Shown here: positions 47,615-60,937 of the stretch, in pieces | How positions within the stretch are numbered: position 1 is the stretch's first letter | How the letters are laid out: the number at the start of each line of letters is the position of its first letter | DNA from: Malacoraja senta | Taxonomy: Eukaryota | Assembly (NCBI GenBank): GCA_038087875.1 | Contig: CM075988.1 | Coordinates: 20,896,001 to 20,960,000 of the forward strand | Length of the DNA: 64,000 bases | Direction: 5' to 3' | The notes under the pieces: generated by a model | Seen by the model: the letters and a program-made list of their open reading frames with translations, nothing else | Told to the model about the DNA's origin: nothing | The model's database searches: none | Translations under genes and position numbers: made by a program

Positions 47615-50380
47615 GGTATGGGGAATAAAGATATGGCAGAGGAGTTGAATAACTTTTTTGCATCAGTCTTCACAGTTGAAGACACCAGCAATGTGCCTGA
47701 AATTCAAGAGAGTCAGGGGGCGGAAGTTAGTGGAGTGGCTGTTACTAAGGAGGAGGTGCTTGGAAAGCTGAAAGGGCTGAAGGTGAATAAGTCACCTGGG
47801 CCAGATGGACTGCACAATAGGGTTCTGAAATAGGTGGCTTTAGAAATTGTGGAGGCATTAATAGTGATATTTCAAGAATCACAAGAGTCAGGATAGACAC
47901 AAAATGCTGGAGTAACTCAGCAGGACAGGCAGCATCTCTGGAGAGAAGGAATGGATGACGTTTCGGGATCCGAAAAAGTCACCCATTCCTTCTCTCCAGA
48001 GATGCTGCCTGACCCGCTGAGTTACTCCAGCATTTGGTGTCTATCTTCGGTTTAAACCAGCATCTGCAGTTCCTTCCTACATATCACTGGAGTCAGGAGC
48101 GTTTCCAGACGATTGGAAAATTGCCAATATTACCCCGCTGCCAAGCCGAATAGTTGGAACTATAGGCCAGTTAGTCTGACTTCGGTGGTGGGTAAGAGTC
48201 AAAGTATAGAAGAGAGATCGAGCAACTGTCCATATGGTGCCAGCACAATAACCTGGCCCTCAACACCAGCAAAACCAAGGAACTGATTGTGGACTTTGGA
48301 AGGAGTAGGATGGGGACCCACAGTCCCGTTTATATCAACGGGTCGATGGTTGAAAGGGTCAAGAGCTTCAAATTCCTGGGGGTGCACATCTCTGAAGATC
48401 TTTCCTGGTCCGAGAACACTAATGCAATTATCAAGAAAACTCATCAGCGCCTCTACTTCCTGAGAAGGTTACGGAGAGTCGGTTTGTCAAGGAGGACTCT
48501 CTCTAACTTCTACAGGTGCACAGTAGAGAGCATGCTGACCGGTTGCATCATGGCTTGGTTCGGCAACTTGAACGCCCTGGAGAGGAAAAGACTACAAAAA
48601 GTAGTAAACACTGCCCAGTCCATCATCAGCTCTGACCTCCCTTCCATCGAGGGGATTTATCGCAGTCGCTGCCTCAAAAAGGCTGGCAGCATCATCAAGG
48701 ACCCACACCATCCTGGCCACACACTCATCTCCCTGCTACCTTCAGGTAGAAGGTACAGGAGTCTGAAGACTGCAACAACCAGGTTCAGGAATAGCTACTT
48801 CCCCACAGCCATCAGGCTATTAAACCTGGCTCGGACAAAACTCTGATTATTAATAACCCATTATCTGTTAACTGCAATTTATCAGTTTATTTATTCATGT
48901 GTGTATATATTTATATTATGGTATATGGACACACTGATCTGTTTTGTAGTAAATGCCCACTATGTTCTGTTGTGCAGAAGCAAAGCAAGAATTTCATTGT
49001 CCTATCAGGGACACATGACAATAAACTCACTTGATTTTAGAGTTCATTATAAAGTATGAGGTTACGGATTATTTAAAAGTTCAGGATAAAATAGGCCAAA
49101 TTCAGCATGGCTTTGTGAAGGGGAGGACTTGCCTGACAAATCTGGAATTCTTTAAAGAAGTAAATAGCAGGTCAGACAAAGGAGAGTCAGTAGATGATGT
49201 TTGCCTAGATTTTTAGAAAGCATTTGATAAGGTGCCACACGTGAGGCTGTGAAGGTAGATGAGAGCCCATGGTACCAAAGGGCAGATACTAGCATGGATA
49301 GCAAGTTGGCCGGATGGCAGAAGGCAAAGAATGCCAATAAAGGGGTATTTTTCTGGTTGGCTGCCAGTGACTAGTGGAGTTCCACGAGGGTCGGTGCTGG
49401 GGCCGCTACTATTCACATTGTATATTAATGATTTGGATGAGGGGGTTGAAGGCTTTGTGGCCAAGTTTGCTGATGAGATGAAAATAGGTGGCGGGGCAGA
49501 TAATGTAGAGAAAGCAGGGACTCTGCAGAAGGACTTACACAGGTTGGGAGAGTGGGCTGAGAAGTGGCAGATGGAATATGGTGTAGCAAAGTGTGGAGTC
49601 GTGCATTTTGGTAGTCGGAATAAAGGTGTAGACTATTTTCTAAATGGGGAGAGAATCCAGAAATCGGAGGTGCAAAGGGGCTTGGGATTGCTGGTGCAGG
49701 ATTCCCTAAAAGTTAATCTGCAAGTCGAATTGGTAGTAAAGAAGGCAAACTCAATTCTAGCATTTTTTTTCGAGAGGGCTAGAATACAAAAACAGGGATG
49801 TAATACTGAGGCTTTATAAGGCACTGGTCAGGTCGTATTTGGAGTACTGTGAGCAATTTTGGGCACCATATCTGAGGAAGGATGTGCTGGCCCTGGAGAG
49901 GAAGAATGATCCCAGGAATGAGTGGGTTAACATATGATTAGCATTTGACGGCACTGGGCCTGTACTCGCTGGAGTTTGGAAGAATGAGGGGGGACCTCAT
50001 TGAAACGTACAGAATAATGAAAGTCTTGGATGGAGTGGATGTGGAGAGGATGTTTCCACTAGTGGGAGAGTCTAGGACTAATCATAGCCTCAGAATTAAA
50101 GGGTGTTCATTTAGGAAGGATATGGGGAAGAACTTCTTTGATCAGAGGGTGGTGAATCTGTGGAATTCTTTGCCAGAGAAGGCTGTGGAAACCAAGTCAA
50201 TGGATACTTTTAAGGCAGAGATAGATAGATTCTTGATTAGTACTGGTGTCAGGAGTTATGGGGAGAAGACAGGAGAATGGGGTTAGGAGTGAGAGATAAA
50301 TCAGCCATGATTGAATGGCGGAGGAGACTCGATGGGCCAAATGGCCTAATTCTGCTCCTATCACTTATGACCTTATGAAC
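47615..50380 (+). pseudogene. Decayed CR1/HER1 LINE ORF2 (RT region to 3' tail), interrupted by a PLE pair (47894-48082) and a Rex1 copy
   Basis: KSPGPDGLH, QHGFVKGRTCLTNL, LDF*KAFDKV, SGVPRGSVLGPLLFTLYINDL, KFADE and QRVVNLWNSLP, with stops and frameshifts. Confidence 0.92.
48196..49033 (+). mobile_element. 5'-truncated Rex1/Babar-like LINE, RT C-terminus in frame
   Basis: KTKELIVDF..VERVKSFKFLGVHISEDLSW..QRLYFLRRL..LLPSGRRYRS..RFRNSYFP; tail ACATGACAATAAAC; the host CR1 rejoins as GGTAAG/ATTTTAGAG. Confidence 0.85.
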
Positions 50381-51639
50381 TGTAAGCTGTGAATAAAGAA
50401 GCACCGGGCTTCGAGCGTGATTAAATAACGCATTCTAACTCTGAACAACAGATTTTAAGTGTATTTCAAGCGAGCGGCGATTAGATAATCGGACCCAGAG
50501 AGCACCTCAGCAGCTGAGAGACTTCGTTCCAAATCCACAGGAAATCTACAATTGCAAAACACAATCTGGCTCCACTCTTGAATTCCAGATATTGGTTGAG
50601 GATGTAGACCAAACTTTGCAAAATGTTACAGCTTTTACTGACACAGGGGACTTGTAACATTGACTGCACACTCAACATTCTGGGCAGATTTTTCACATTC
50701 TTTCGATTACTTTTTTTCCTATTTATTTCAATTCTGAAAAAATATCCAACTGCTAAACGTTGCCATAGTTCCAAAGAGGTGAAATCCCGTTAACTTTAGA
50801 TGCATTGTAATTTATTAATATTTTAAATATTGGCTCTATCAAAATATACTCATTTCAACTGACAGACGTTACACAGAGATGTATTAGAATCACACAGCGC
50901 GGAAATAGGCCATTTGACACAACTCGGTCTTGACGACTAAGGTGCCCCTTCTAAGTTAGTTCCTTTTGCCTGTGTTTGTCCCATATCCCTCTTAATCTGA
51001 CCAAGTGTCTTTTAAATATAGTTATATATACACATTTTAAATATGTTATAGTACCTGCCTCAACTATCACCTCGGGAGGTTCCTTCCATATTCCCTCCAC
51101 CCTTCGGATGAAAAGGTGCCCCTCAGGTTGGTATTCAACCTCTCTCTGCTCATCTTAAACCTTTGTACTCTGGTTTTTATTTGCCCTACCCTGGGTAAAA
51201 GACCCTATCTATCCCCTCATGATTTTATAGAACTCTAGAAGATCACCCCTCAGCCTCCTGTGCTCCAAGGAACAGAGTCCGAGCCGACCCAATGTCTCGC
51301 GACAACTCAACCCTCTAGTCCTAGCAATGTTTTTTGATAATTGAAGTTAATTGATAAATTCTGGTGGTCATCATATCTATTAATGATTAATTAATGATGA
51401 ATAAGTTTATTTGCCAAGTATTCACATATAAGGAATTTGCCTTGGTGCTCTGCCCACAAGTGACAACGACATACAGTGACAGTTAGGAATGACACATAAA
51501 ACATTAATAATAAAACATTATTGATTAAACATGTAAATTAAATAAAATACCAGAGCAATAGGAGGCTACAGATTTTGATTATCTTAGGTTATCAATATAT
51601 GTGGACATTGTGAAATTATCTTTCATTTAATTCTTCTTT

Positions 51640-51990
51640 GCAGCTTGCTCTGTACTTCTGGAGGAGTGAGCACCACTGGATATTGGAGGAGCAGCACCTC
51701 ATATTCCGCTTGGGCAGTTTGCACCCTTGCGGCATAAACATTGACCTCCAATTTCCGGTAGCCCTTGCTGTCTCCTCCCCTTCTCAGCTCTCCCTCAGCC
51801 CTCGGGCTCCTCCTCTTCCTTTCTCCTTTCTTCTCCCCCCCTCCCCACCCTACATCAGTCTGAAGAAGGGTTTTGGCCCGAAACGTTGCCTATTTCCTTC
51901 GCTCCATAGATGCTGCTGCAACCGCTGAGTTTCTCCAGCACTTTTGTCTACCTTCGATTTTCCAGCATCTGCAGTTCCTTCTTAAACACT
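51640..51990 (+). mobile_element. PLE: C-terminus of the GIY-YIG endonuclease ORF plus 3' UTR with hammerhead-like motif
   Basis: LEEQHLIFRLGSLHPCGINI resembles the PLE ORF end (E..WI..L.TL.P.GLN type); motif at 51860-51890. Confidence 0.8.
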
Positions 51991-52270
51991 TTTTCTGTAC
52001 TTCCAGCGTTTATCGTTAATTATTCTACGAAGGAGAATCACTTCTTATGGAAGTTGAGTTTCCTGTTGAAGTCAAGTCAATTTGAGTTTATTGCCACTTA
52101 CACAGATATAGTGAGGTGCAGATACGATGAACATTTTGCTTATATTTTCATTCACGTCAGTGTAGGGAACAGTGAAGAGAAAACTGGACAAGAGGACCAC
52201 TTGCAGGCTAAATATTAGTCCAAGTTAAGACGTGGAAGATTAAGTTGAAGTCATTATCGAACCTTCTATT

Positions 52271-52461
52271 TAGACACAAAATGCTGGAGTAACTCAGCGG
52301 GTGAGGCAGCATCTCTGGAGAGAAGGAATGGGTGACGTTTCTTCACTGAAGAAATGTCGCCCATTCCTTCTCTCCAGAGATGCTGCCTCACCCGCTGAGT
52401 TACTCCACCATTTTGTGTCTACCTTTGATTTAAACCAGCATCTGCAGTTCTTTCTTACACA
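52271..52461. mobile_element. PLE tail inverted pair
   Basis: Arms at about 52271-52345 and 52347-52421 are reverse complements. Confidence 0.8.
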
Positions 52462-52579
52462 TTCCCTTCTATTTGTTATTCTCAGTCAATCAAATCCTTC
52501 CAGAGATGGAAACTTAGTGATTAGTATCATTAGGTTTCTAAATTTATAGAGTTACCTCCTTTTGATTTGCTAGAAAAAA

Positions 52580-53560
52580 GCTACCCCTCAGGTTCCTATA
52601 AAATCATTCCCCCTTCACCTTAAACCTTTGCCCTCTGGTCGTCGATTCCCCTACTCTGGGCAAGAGTCTCTGTGTGTCTACCCGATCTATTCCTCACATG
52701 ATTTTATACACCTCCATAAGATCACCCCTTATCCTCCTGTGCTCCAAGGAATAGTGTCCCAGCCTGATCAACCTGACCTTATAACTCAGACTCTTAAGTC
52801 CTGGCAACATCCTTGTAAAGTTGTAAATCCTGTCAAAGCTGCCACAGCCAGACATAAAAACAGCTTTTTTCCACAAGTAGTAGCTCTACTCAATAACCAA
52901 AAATCTGTAGCATCCTTTTGCTCTGGTATTTTATTTAATTCACATGTTTAATCAATAATGTTTTATTATTGACGTTTAATGTTTTATGTATCATTCTTAA
53001 CTGTCACTGTATGTCATGTTGTCACTTGTGGGCGGAGCACCAAGGCAAATTCCTTGTATGTGAATACTTGGCCAATAAAATTATTCATCATTCATTCATT
53101 CATTCATTCAAATGTTCTCTGCACCCTTTCCAACTTGACAACATTTTTCCTGTAACACAGTGCCCAGAACTGAACACAATACTCTAAATGCAGCCTCACC
53201 AACGTCTCATACAACTACAACATGACCTCCCAACCTCTATACTCAATACTCTGACTGATGAAGGTCAATGTGCCAAAATACTTTTTGACCACCTTATCTA
53301 CCTGTGACGCCACTTTCAGTGAACTATGTACCTGCACTCCTAGATCTCTGTTCTACAACACTTCCCAGAGCCCTACCATTCACTGTCTAGGTCTTGCCCA
53401 TGTTAGACTTTCCAAAATGCAACGCCTCACATTTCTCTGTATTAAATTCCATCAACCATTCCTCAGCCCACCTGGCCAACCGATCAGGATCCTGCTGCAA
53501 TTTTTGACAACCATCTTCACTATCTGCAATACCACCCACTTTCGTATCATCTGCAAACTT
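52580..53560 (-). mobile_element. Old CR1 ORF2 fragment with a nested Rex1-like tail (+, about 52818-53110, (CATT)n end)
   Basis: Reverse strand carries KFADDTK and RRIRGDLMEVYKIM remnants. Confidence 0.75.
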
Positions 53561-55259
53561 GACTCGCCACTTTTAGGAAACTGTTCAGATCTCCCAGTTC
53601 TCTCTGTTTTGCAGAACTCTCCAGCACGCTATCATTTACTGTGTAGATCCTGCAATGGTGTGACATACCGAAGAGCAACACCTCAGAACAAGTTCTGGAC
53701 AATTCATCCTGGACTTCCTGAAGCGATCGGAGAAATTGGGAGAGATGTCAGGGATTCTTGGCTCTGCGTATTATGAAGTAACAAGAGACTCAGGATCCAT
53801 GCCTATAAATGGAAATTCTCTCATTCAGAAATATTTTCAGTTTTGTTACAATGGCTGGTCAACAGGAAGCAGGGGAGTAAAGTTGGACAGCTGTTCTGTC
53901 TGCGATTTGCTAACTAACATCACATCCTCAACTATTGCCAGCAAGCCAGACAAAACATCTGTTGGTGAAGGCAGCGATGCAGGACTAGGAGGAAACTCAT
54001 TAGCCCCTGGAAGCTGATTTGCCAATCAATTAGATCACGCCCAATCTGTCACCTACCTCCATACACCCATCTTCTGCCCAGTTTCCCTTCATACCTGAGC
54101 TCAACAGGAGTTTATTAATCTCAATGTTAAAGCTGAAACCCGTTTATCATCAATGGCATTCGCAGGAGCTAGTTGCAAACCTCTAGCACCCACTGTGTGC
54201 AGGAGTGTACATCAGCCTCACTTCTGAAAAAAAACTGTTTCTCATTACGCTCCTGGAATCTCTAATTAGTGGAAATAATTTCTTTAACAAGGGAAGTAAC
54301 AATCGGTGGTCAGGAAGAACCAATTTCCTTCTCCAATTTGAAACTTTGATCAAATCGACAATTAATTTCATTACCTCAGATTCTGGTGAATTTGCACTCT
54401 TCCTGTATTATAATAAGGCATTATAATGAGATACAAATTATGAGAAAAATGGCATTTGTTTTCCATAATTTATGCGACATCATTATAGGGCTTTGGTATT
54501 ATCGACATGCAGAGTGGCGGAAAGGTGAATCTAATTTAAGGAATAATCTTGCCCAAAAGTCTTAAGGGTTTTTAAATTGCATCATCGTAGGAAGTAAAAG
54601 GATGCCTGTTTAATCTTCAATTATAAGTTCATAAGTGGTAGGGGCGGAATTAGGCCATTCGGCCCATCAAGTCTACTCCGCCATTCAATCATGGCTGATC
54701 TATCTCTCCCTCCCAACCCCATTCTTCTGCCTTCTCCCCGTAACCCCTGACACAAGTGTGTTAGGTCAGGCCCCTGTCTTGATCCAGCAGTCTTTGTAAA
54801 GCCAGGCGAACTGAGTCAAGAGCTACCGTTGACAGGAGCCAACAGGTGAAAGCAGCCAAGTCAAGGATAATGTTCTGAGGTTCATCCCGGATGGAAGGAA
54901 CATTATAAAAGTAATTCTTCCAATGAAGCCACTACCAAAAGCCCATCATTCCTACCCCATTCAGGTTGAATGACACCTCAGTGGATGTCATGCAAAAGTC
55001 CCCATAGACTGCAGTGAAGAATAGGTCAGGATGTTCCAAGACTCAGTGATTCTCTGTCAAAAGAAGTATATTTTAACATCTGTAAACTGGAAAAGTTTGG
55101 AAACGTCTTTGGCCGTTTATGTATTTCAAATGAGCTGTCCAACTGGGCTGCAAATGATACACTCATCGTTTTACAAACTTTGTGTGCATCCCTCGCAAGC
55201 TTGTGCTTCTCCTAACCAAACAATCCTGTCCCTTGTGCCCACGACAAACATCTCTGTTA

Positions 55260-55577
55260 AGGGCCTGTCCCACTGTACGAGCTAATTCAAGAGCTCTCCC
55301 GAGTTTAAACAAAAATCAATCTCGTGGTAAGCACGTAGAATGTACATTGCGGGTACGTCGGAGCTCGGGGACGTCTCTTAGCGGCTGGTAACGCTAACGG
55401 CAGGTACTCGGGAAACGCGGTAAGCTCGTGAAGACTCGTGAAGATTTTTCAACATGTTGAAAAATGTCCACGAGAGCCCCGAGTACCTACGAGCGGCTAT
55501 TACCGTAATTCTCCGAGTTCGAAACAGGGGAAACTCGGGAGAACTCTTGAATTAGCTCATACAGTGGGACAGCTCCA
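55260..55577. mobile_element. PIF/Harbinger-type MITE, family B, full length (318 bp)
   Basis: TIRs as at 38845; TTA TSDs at 55257-55259 and 55578-55580. Confidence 0.88.
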
Positions 55578-56107
55578 TTAGTTAGTGTCATCCTAGTTGT
55601 TACCTTCTGCAGGGGTGGAAGATTGCAACCTTCACGTGGTCCGCCCTGTTTCAACGAATACAATCAAATAAGATCAAATAGAGCAAGTTGTCCTACAACT
55701 TTGGGCTGTGCACGCCATACGCAAGAGGATCTTCTGCAGATTCAGTGTGAGAAGGAACCAACATCTTGCTCTGAAATCAAAATCAAAGTGTCCCGACCCT
55801 GAAACTTCAACTATACATTTTCACCAGAGATGTTGCCTGACCCACTGAGCAACTCCAGCACTTTGTGTCTATCATTGTCATAAATCAGCATCTGCAGTTC
55901 CTTTTTATTTTATTATCATATTTTATGAGCGAAATCTTGGTGTTGGTTATTATTGTCACGTGTACTGAGGTGCAGTGAACAGCCTTTGTTTGCACACTAT
56001 TCGATTCAATCCAGTAATACTAGAGATGAAGCGCAAAGTCTTTAATGCAGGTTTCAACTCGGGGTCAATATTGGTCTTTCAACACAGTAGCTTTAAAGTT
56101 TAGAATA

Positions 56108-56705
56108 TAGACTTTAGACTTTAGAGATACAACATGGAAACAGCCCCCTCGGTCTACCAAGTTCCCGCCGACCAGCGATCGCCCGATACACTGACACTAT
56201 CCTACACACTGGGGACAATTTTACAACTTACCAAAGTCAATTAATCTACAAACCTGCACATCCTTAGAGTGTGGGTGGAAACTGGAATATCCGGAGAAAC
56301 CCATGTAGTCACGGGGAACAATTAGACAGCTACGTGGACAGGATAAGTTTGGAGGGAAATGGGCCAAAAGCAGGCAGGTGTAGTAGACAATAGGCAATAG
56401 ACAATAGGTGCAGGAGTAGGCCATTCAGCCCTTTGAGCCAGCACCGCCATTCAATGTGATCATGGCTGATCATCCCCAGTCAGTATCCCGTTCCTGCCTT
56501 CTCCCCATATCCCCTGACTCCGCAATTTTTAAGAGCCCTATCTAGCCCTCTCTTGAAAGCATCCAGAGGACCTGCCTCCACCGCCCTCTGAGGCAGAGAA
56601 TTCCACAGACTCACCACTCTCTGTGAGAAAAAGTGTTTCCTCGTCTCCGTTCTAAATGGCTTACTCCTTATTCTTAAATTGTGGCCCCTGGTTCTGGACT
56701 CCCCA
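56108..56705 (-). mobile_element. Partial SINE (56108-56320) and CR1/HER1 3' end (56383-56705)
   Basis: ORF 56480-56758(-) SRTRGHNL..GYGEKAGTGY. Confidence 0.85.
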
Positions 56706-57089
56706 CTGATGTTGATCAGTTGGGCCGAAGGGCCTGTTTCCACATCGTATGGCTCCATGAATCTATGACTCTACAGGTATCCGTTTTGATCGGTGCGAGA
56801 GATTAAGTCTGAAGAAGGGCCCTGACTCGAAGTGTCCTCTATCCATGTTCTCCAGAGATGCTGCCTAAACCCGCTGAGTGACTCCAACACTTTGAATCCT
56901 TTTTAGATTGAGCACTATTACATGGCAATAATAGTGTAATTGGGTTTCCTAAACCTATAGCATGATATCCAAAGCAGCAAAATTATATAACCCATCACAC
57001 TAAAATCGATACATCTAGTCTTGAGAAATAAACTTGAAGAATTGTACTTGGTCTGAATTAATCTCATCAATTCCATCATACATTATTCT

Positions 57090-57228
57090 ATGTGTAGGAA
57101 CGAACTGCAGATGCTGGTTTAAATCAAAGGCAGACACAAAATGCTGGAGTAACTCAGCGGGACAGGCAGCATCTCTGGAGAGAAGGAATGGGTGACGTTT
57201 CGCATCGAGACCCTTCTTCAGACTGATT
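57090..57228 (-). mobile_element. PLE 3' end with TSD
   Basis: ATACATTATTCTATG occurs on both sides (about 57077-57092 and 57232-57246). Confidence 0.8.
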
Positions 57229-57780
57229 ATTATACATTATTCTATGATCTATGTACTTCATTTTAGCCTTCCTCGAGATCCTTACTTATAATGAAGATGA
57301 TGCAAAGTCCAATGGAAGTTCGTTTATAACCAGACTCAACTACTGTAGATACTCTTCCAGTGATTAAAATCATTTGCCTTTCCACCAACCATCTATTGTT
57401 ACAAGCACTGTAAAATATCTAATTCTCCCTGAAATGTGTGCACTTGATTATTTGCCGAGCGTCTTTCAAAAGGAGTGGACACAACGTATTTCATCATTCC
57501 AGTAGGCAAGCAATGAATCATCCAGAGCAGATTGGACTTTATCAGCCCTTAAATAATATTCTCTGTTTTCTAACTTTGGATGCCCTTGCATTCTCTCATA
57601 CATCAGTCAAACTAATTTGCCATTTCAAGTGACAGCTTACCAATATTTTACATATTCAGATAACATATTCGGCTTTGGTCATTGTGAATAGTCTTACATA
57701 AACCGATCATGATTTGCTTTGCCAAGCACTGCCGTACAGTATGAGGGTGCATACTTGCTGAACCAACACATCCAAATTTT

Positions 57781-58150
57781 GTGTCGGAAGGAACTGCAGA
57801 TGCTGGTTCACACCGAAGTTAGACGCAACATGCCGGAGTAGCCCAGCGGGTCAGGCAGCATGTCTGGAGAAAAGGAATAGGCGACGTTTCGGGTCGAGAC
57901 CTTTCTTCCAACTGAGAGTCAGGAGAGAGGGAAGCTACAGAAAAGAATGAAAGGTATGAAATGAACCAATCAAGGCCAGCAGGGATGACCAAGGAAAGGT
58001 GGAGCCCACAATGGTCCATAACGAGAGGGCACGAACAGTGAAACTAAGCAGGACGACAATGAAACTAGTAGGACGACTTGGATAGGAAACGGAGAGAGAG
58101 GGAATGCAACGGTAACTTAAAATTAGAGAAATCAATATTCATACCACTGG
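57781..58150 (-). mobile_element. PLE 3' region
   Basis: Tail consensus; reverse complement of 58112-58148 reads SGMNIDFSNFK. Confidence 0.75.
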
Positions 58151-58536
58151 CCATCGAAATATTATTTCTTCTGTACTTTTCAGAATATGTGTTTCTCATT
58201 GTACCAATGTATAATCATATATATATACTATTATACATTCCTACTTTTAGCAGCATTGTGAATCATACTTTTCTCCGTATGAAATGTAAAGGCATCTGCT
58301 CATTTACTGAATGTTTTTGGTGAATTTCTGTTTCCTTGTTATGCAATTAGAGGTGTCGCAGAATCTCGTGCTGAATGAGTCAACGCTTGATCAGATTCCT
58401 TAACCCAATACATCAAGGTGGCTTCTGTCTTCTGCAAACACACCTCTGGAGAATGCAGTGGGGAAAAAAACAAATCAACAGTGGAAAAAAAACAAAGACT
58501 AACCCTATCTATTGCCGGAGTGAGATCACAAGAATC

Positions 58537-58772
58537 CTGAGGAACAGCACCTCATATTCTGCTTGGGTAGCCCACAGCCCAACAGAATATACGTTGAATT
58601 CTTCACTTTCAAAGACGTACAGGTTTGTAGGTTAATTGGCCTGGTATAGATGTAAAATTGTCCCTAGTGTGTGTGGGACGGTGTAAGTGTGTGGGGATCA
58701 CTGGTCGGTGTGGACACGGTGGGCCGAAGAGCCTGTTTCCACGCTGTATCTCTAAAACTAAAAAAACAAAAC
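58537..58772 (+). mobile_element. PLE ORF-end fragment fused to a SINE 3' half
   Basis: EEQHLIFCLGSPQPN, then AAAGACGTACAGGTTTGTAGG.. SINE tail. Confidence 0.7.
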
Positions 58773-59423
58773 TAATACCTCGCATATCTGCTTCTTTCGC
58801 CACCTCTGAGCACTTATCTTCCATCCCCAAATCCCACAATTTCCCTAGTATCTCTCTCTTTCCCTCCCCCCCTTGTTCCCCATCTATATTCCTCCCTCCA
58901 ACTTCACATCTATTACATAAACCTTCCAAGATAACATATAAGGCAAGAGGTATAGAACTGTGAAAACCCACAGCTCCAGATTCAGTGACAGTTTCTTCCC
59001 AGCTATTATCAGGCAACTGAACCATCCTACCACAATTAGACAGCAGTTCTGAACTACTGTCTACTTCATTGGAGACTCTCGGACTATCTTTGATCGGACT
59101 TTACTGGCTTTATCTTACGCTGAACGTTATCCCCTTATAATGTATGGGTACACTGTGGACGGCTCGATTGTAATCATGTATTGTCTTTCCGCTAACTGGT
59201 TAGCACGCAACAAAAAGCTTTTCACTGCACCTCGGTACACGTGACAATAAGCTAGACTAACCTAAATACAGATATCACGTAGAATCTCTTATTAGTAGGT
59301 CAGCCATAATGCAAACAGTTAAATCCGGTGAAGGTGTATCTTCCGGGATTATTGGTTTGTGGTCTTTTTCCTTACAGGTATCTTCGAGGAACTGGTACTT
59401 CCAATGGAGAGTTGTGCCAAGAA

Positions 59424-59742
59424 AGACCTGTCCCACTGTACGAGTTCATACAAGAGTTCTCCCCGAGTTTGCCCTGAGTTTGCCTCGGAGATTTACGGTA
59501 ATGGCCGCTCGTAAGTACTCGAGGCTCTCGTGGACATTTTTCAACATGTTGAAAAATCTTCACGAGTCTTCCCGAGCTTACCTGCCGTTGGCGAATCTTC
59601 CCGAGTACCTGCCGTTAGCGTTAAGAGACGTCCCCGAGCTCCGACGTACCCGCTACGTTCATTCTACATGCTTACCACGAGTTTGATTTTTTTTTAAACT
59701 AGGGAGAGCACTTGAATGAACTTGTACAGTGGGACAGGGCCA
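59424..59742. mobile_element. PIF/Harbinger-type MITE, family B, opposite orientation
   Basis: CCTGTCCCACTGTACGAG / CTTGTACAGTGGGACAGGGCCA|TTA; interior is the reverse complement of the 55260 copy; left TSD degenerate. Confidence 0.82.
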
Positions 59743-60017
59743 TTACTGTTAGGACAAAGAGGCTATTGTAAGAGGGGTGATGCCTGATGCCTAGAATGAG
59801 CATGAAAGTCTGATGGAGACTCCACAGACAAAGGGATTTTCTCAAGTGTGATGGGACTGCTCTTTCTGGTTATTGGTCTCTGTCTTTTATCCACAATATC
59901 TCTGTGTCTAACCCGGACACGGCAATGAATAGGTATAAGGTTTGAAGGAAGTAAATTTGACACTAAAAGGAGAAAAATACTAAAAGAAAACAAAGTGTAC
60001 CTTTACTGCTGTTTTAT

Positions 60018-60921
60018 CTCATTGTGAAAAATGTTGGATCTTTGAAAGGTGATATCCAAGTCTGCCCAATTTTAATTGAGATTTAACAAATCAAGTCTTT
60101 ATGCTCAGTTTTTATCTACTCTAGATTTCCACACAAATGACAATGGTTCGGCTATTCACTAAGTGCACTAAGTTCTATCTGAACTATTGGTTATCACTTC
60201 AAAACCAATCGTGCATGGGATGCCTTTGAAGGCTTGACTGAGAATGTCTCCAATCTGTAAAGGCATGAGAATTAATGAAAAAGATAGTTAGATTTAATGG
60301 TGGGTTTATTGTATTCATGTGAAATTAAGCTCAGTACTATTCAGTGGAGAGAGCCAAGTGAACAAGCTAAACTAGCTGGTCTAGGCATGTTTGAAACAAA
60401 TATTTATTGTCTACAGCATATTTTGCAAGCCTGTCTTTTAAACATTTTTTGGGCTCTCATGTGTGATGCAGGAAAAAATATCACTGATTTACCAAAAGAT
60501 GTTTTAAGCACAGCTTGAAAAATATTACATTTAACAAAACATGTTTGTCTTATATATAATATATATATCCTGGTTCCCCACCATGATGGAGATGAGGTAC
60601 AGCAAATAGTTCGATAACCTAGTATCATGACTAGAAAGCCCATCGATGCCTCTACTTCCTTAGAAGATTGGGGAGATTCGGTATGTCGACAAATGCTCTC
60701 TTGGGCTCATTGTGAAAAATGGTGGATGTTTGAAAGGTGATATCCAAGCCTGCCCAACTTTAATTGAGATGTAACAAATCAAGTCTTTGTGCTCAGTATT
60801 TATCTAATCTAGATTTCCCCACAGATGACAATGGTTAGGCTATTCATTAAGTGCACTAAGTTCTGTCTCAACTCTTGGTTAGCACTTCATAGGATGCCTT
60901 TGAAGGCTTGACTGAGAATGT
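60018..60921 (+). repeat. Local direct duplication of about 230 bp (60018-60247 and 60706-60921)
   Basis: CTCATTGTGAAAAATG..GAAAGGTGATATCCAAG..AAGTGCACTAAGTTCT..GGATGCCTTTGAAGGCTTGACTGAGAATGT occurs twice, with scattered substitutions and one indel. Confidence 0.9.
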
Positions 60922-60937
60922 TTGACAGGTGTACAGT

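Noticed and set aside
53258..53776. 172-aa ORF or exon after TCTCTCTGTTTTGCAG
   Set aside because: The first part is antisense CR1; the remainder has no recognisable product.
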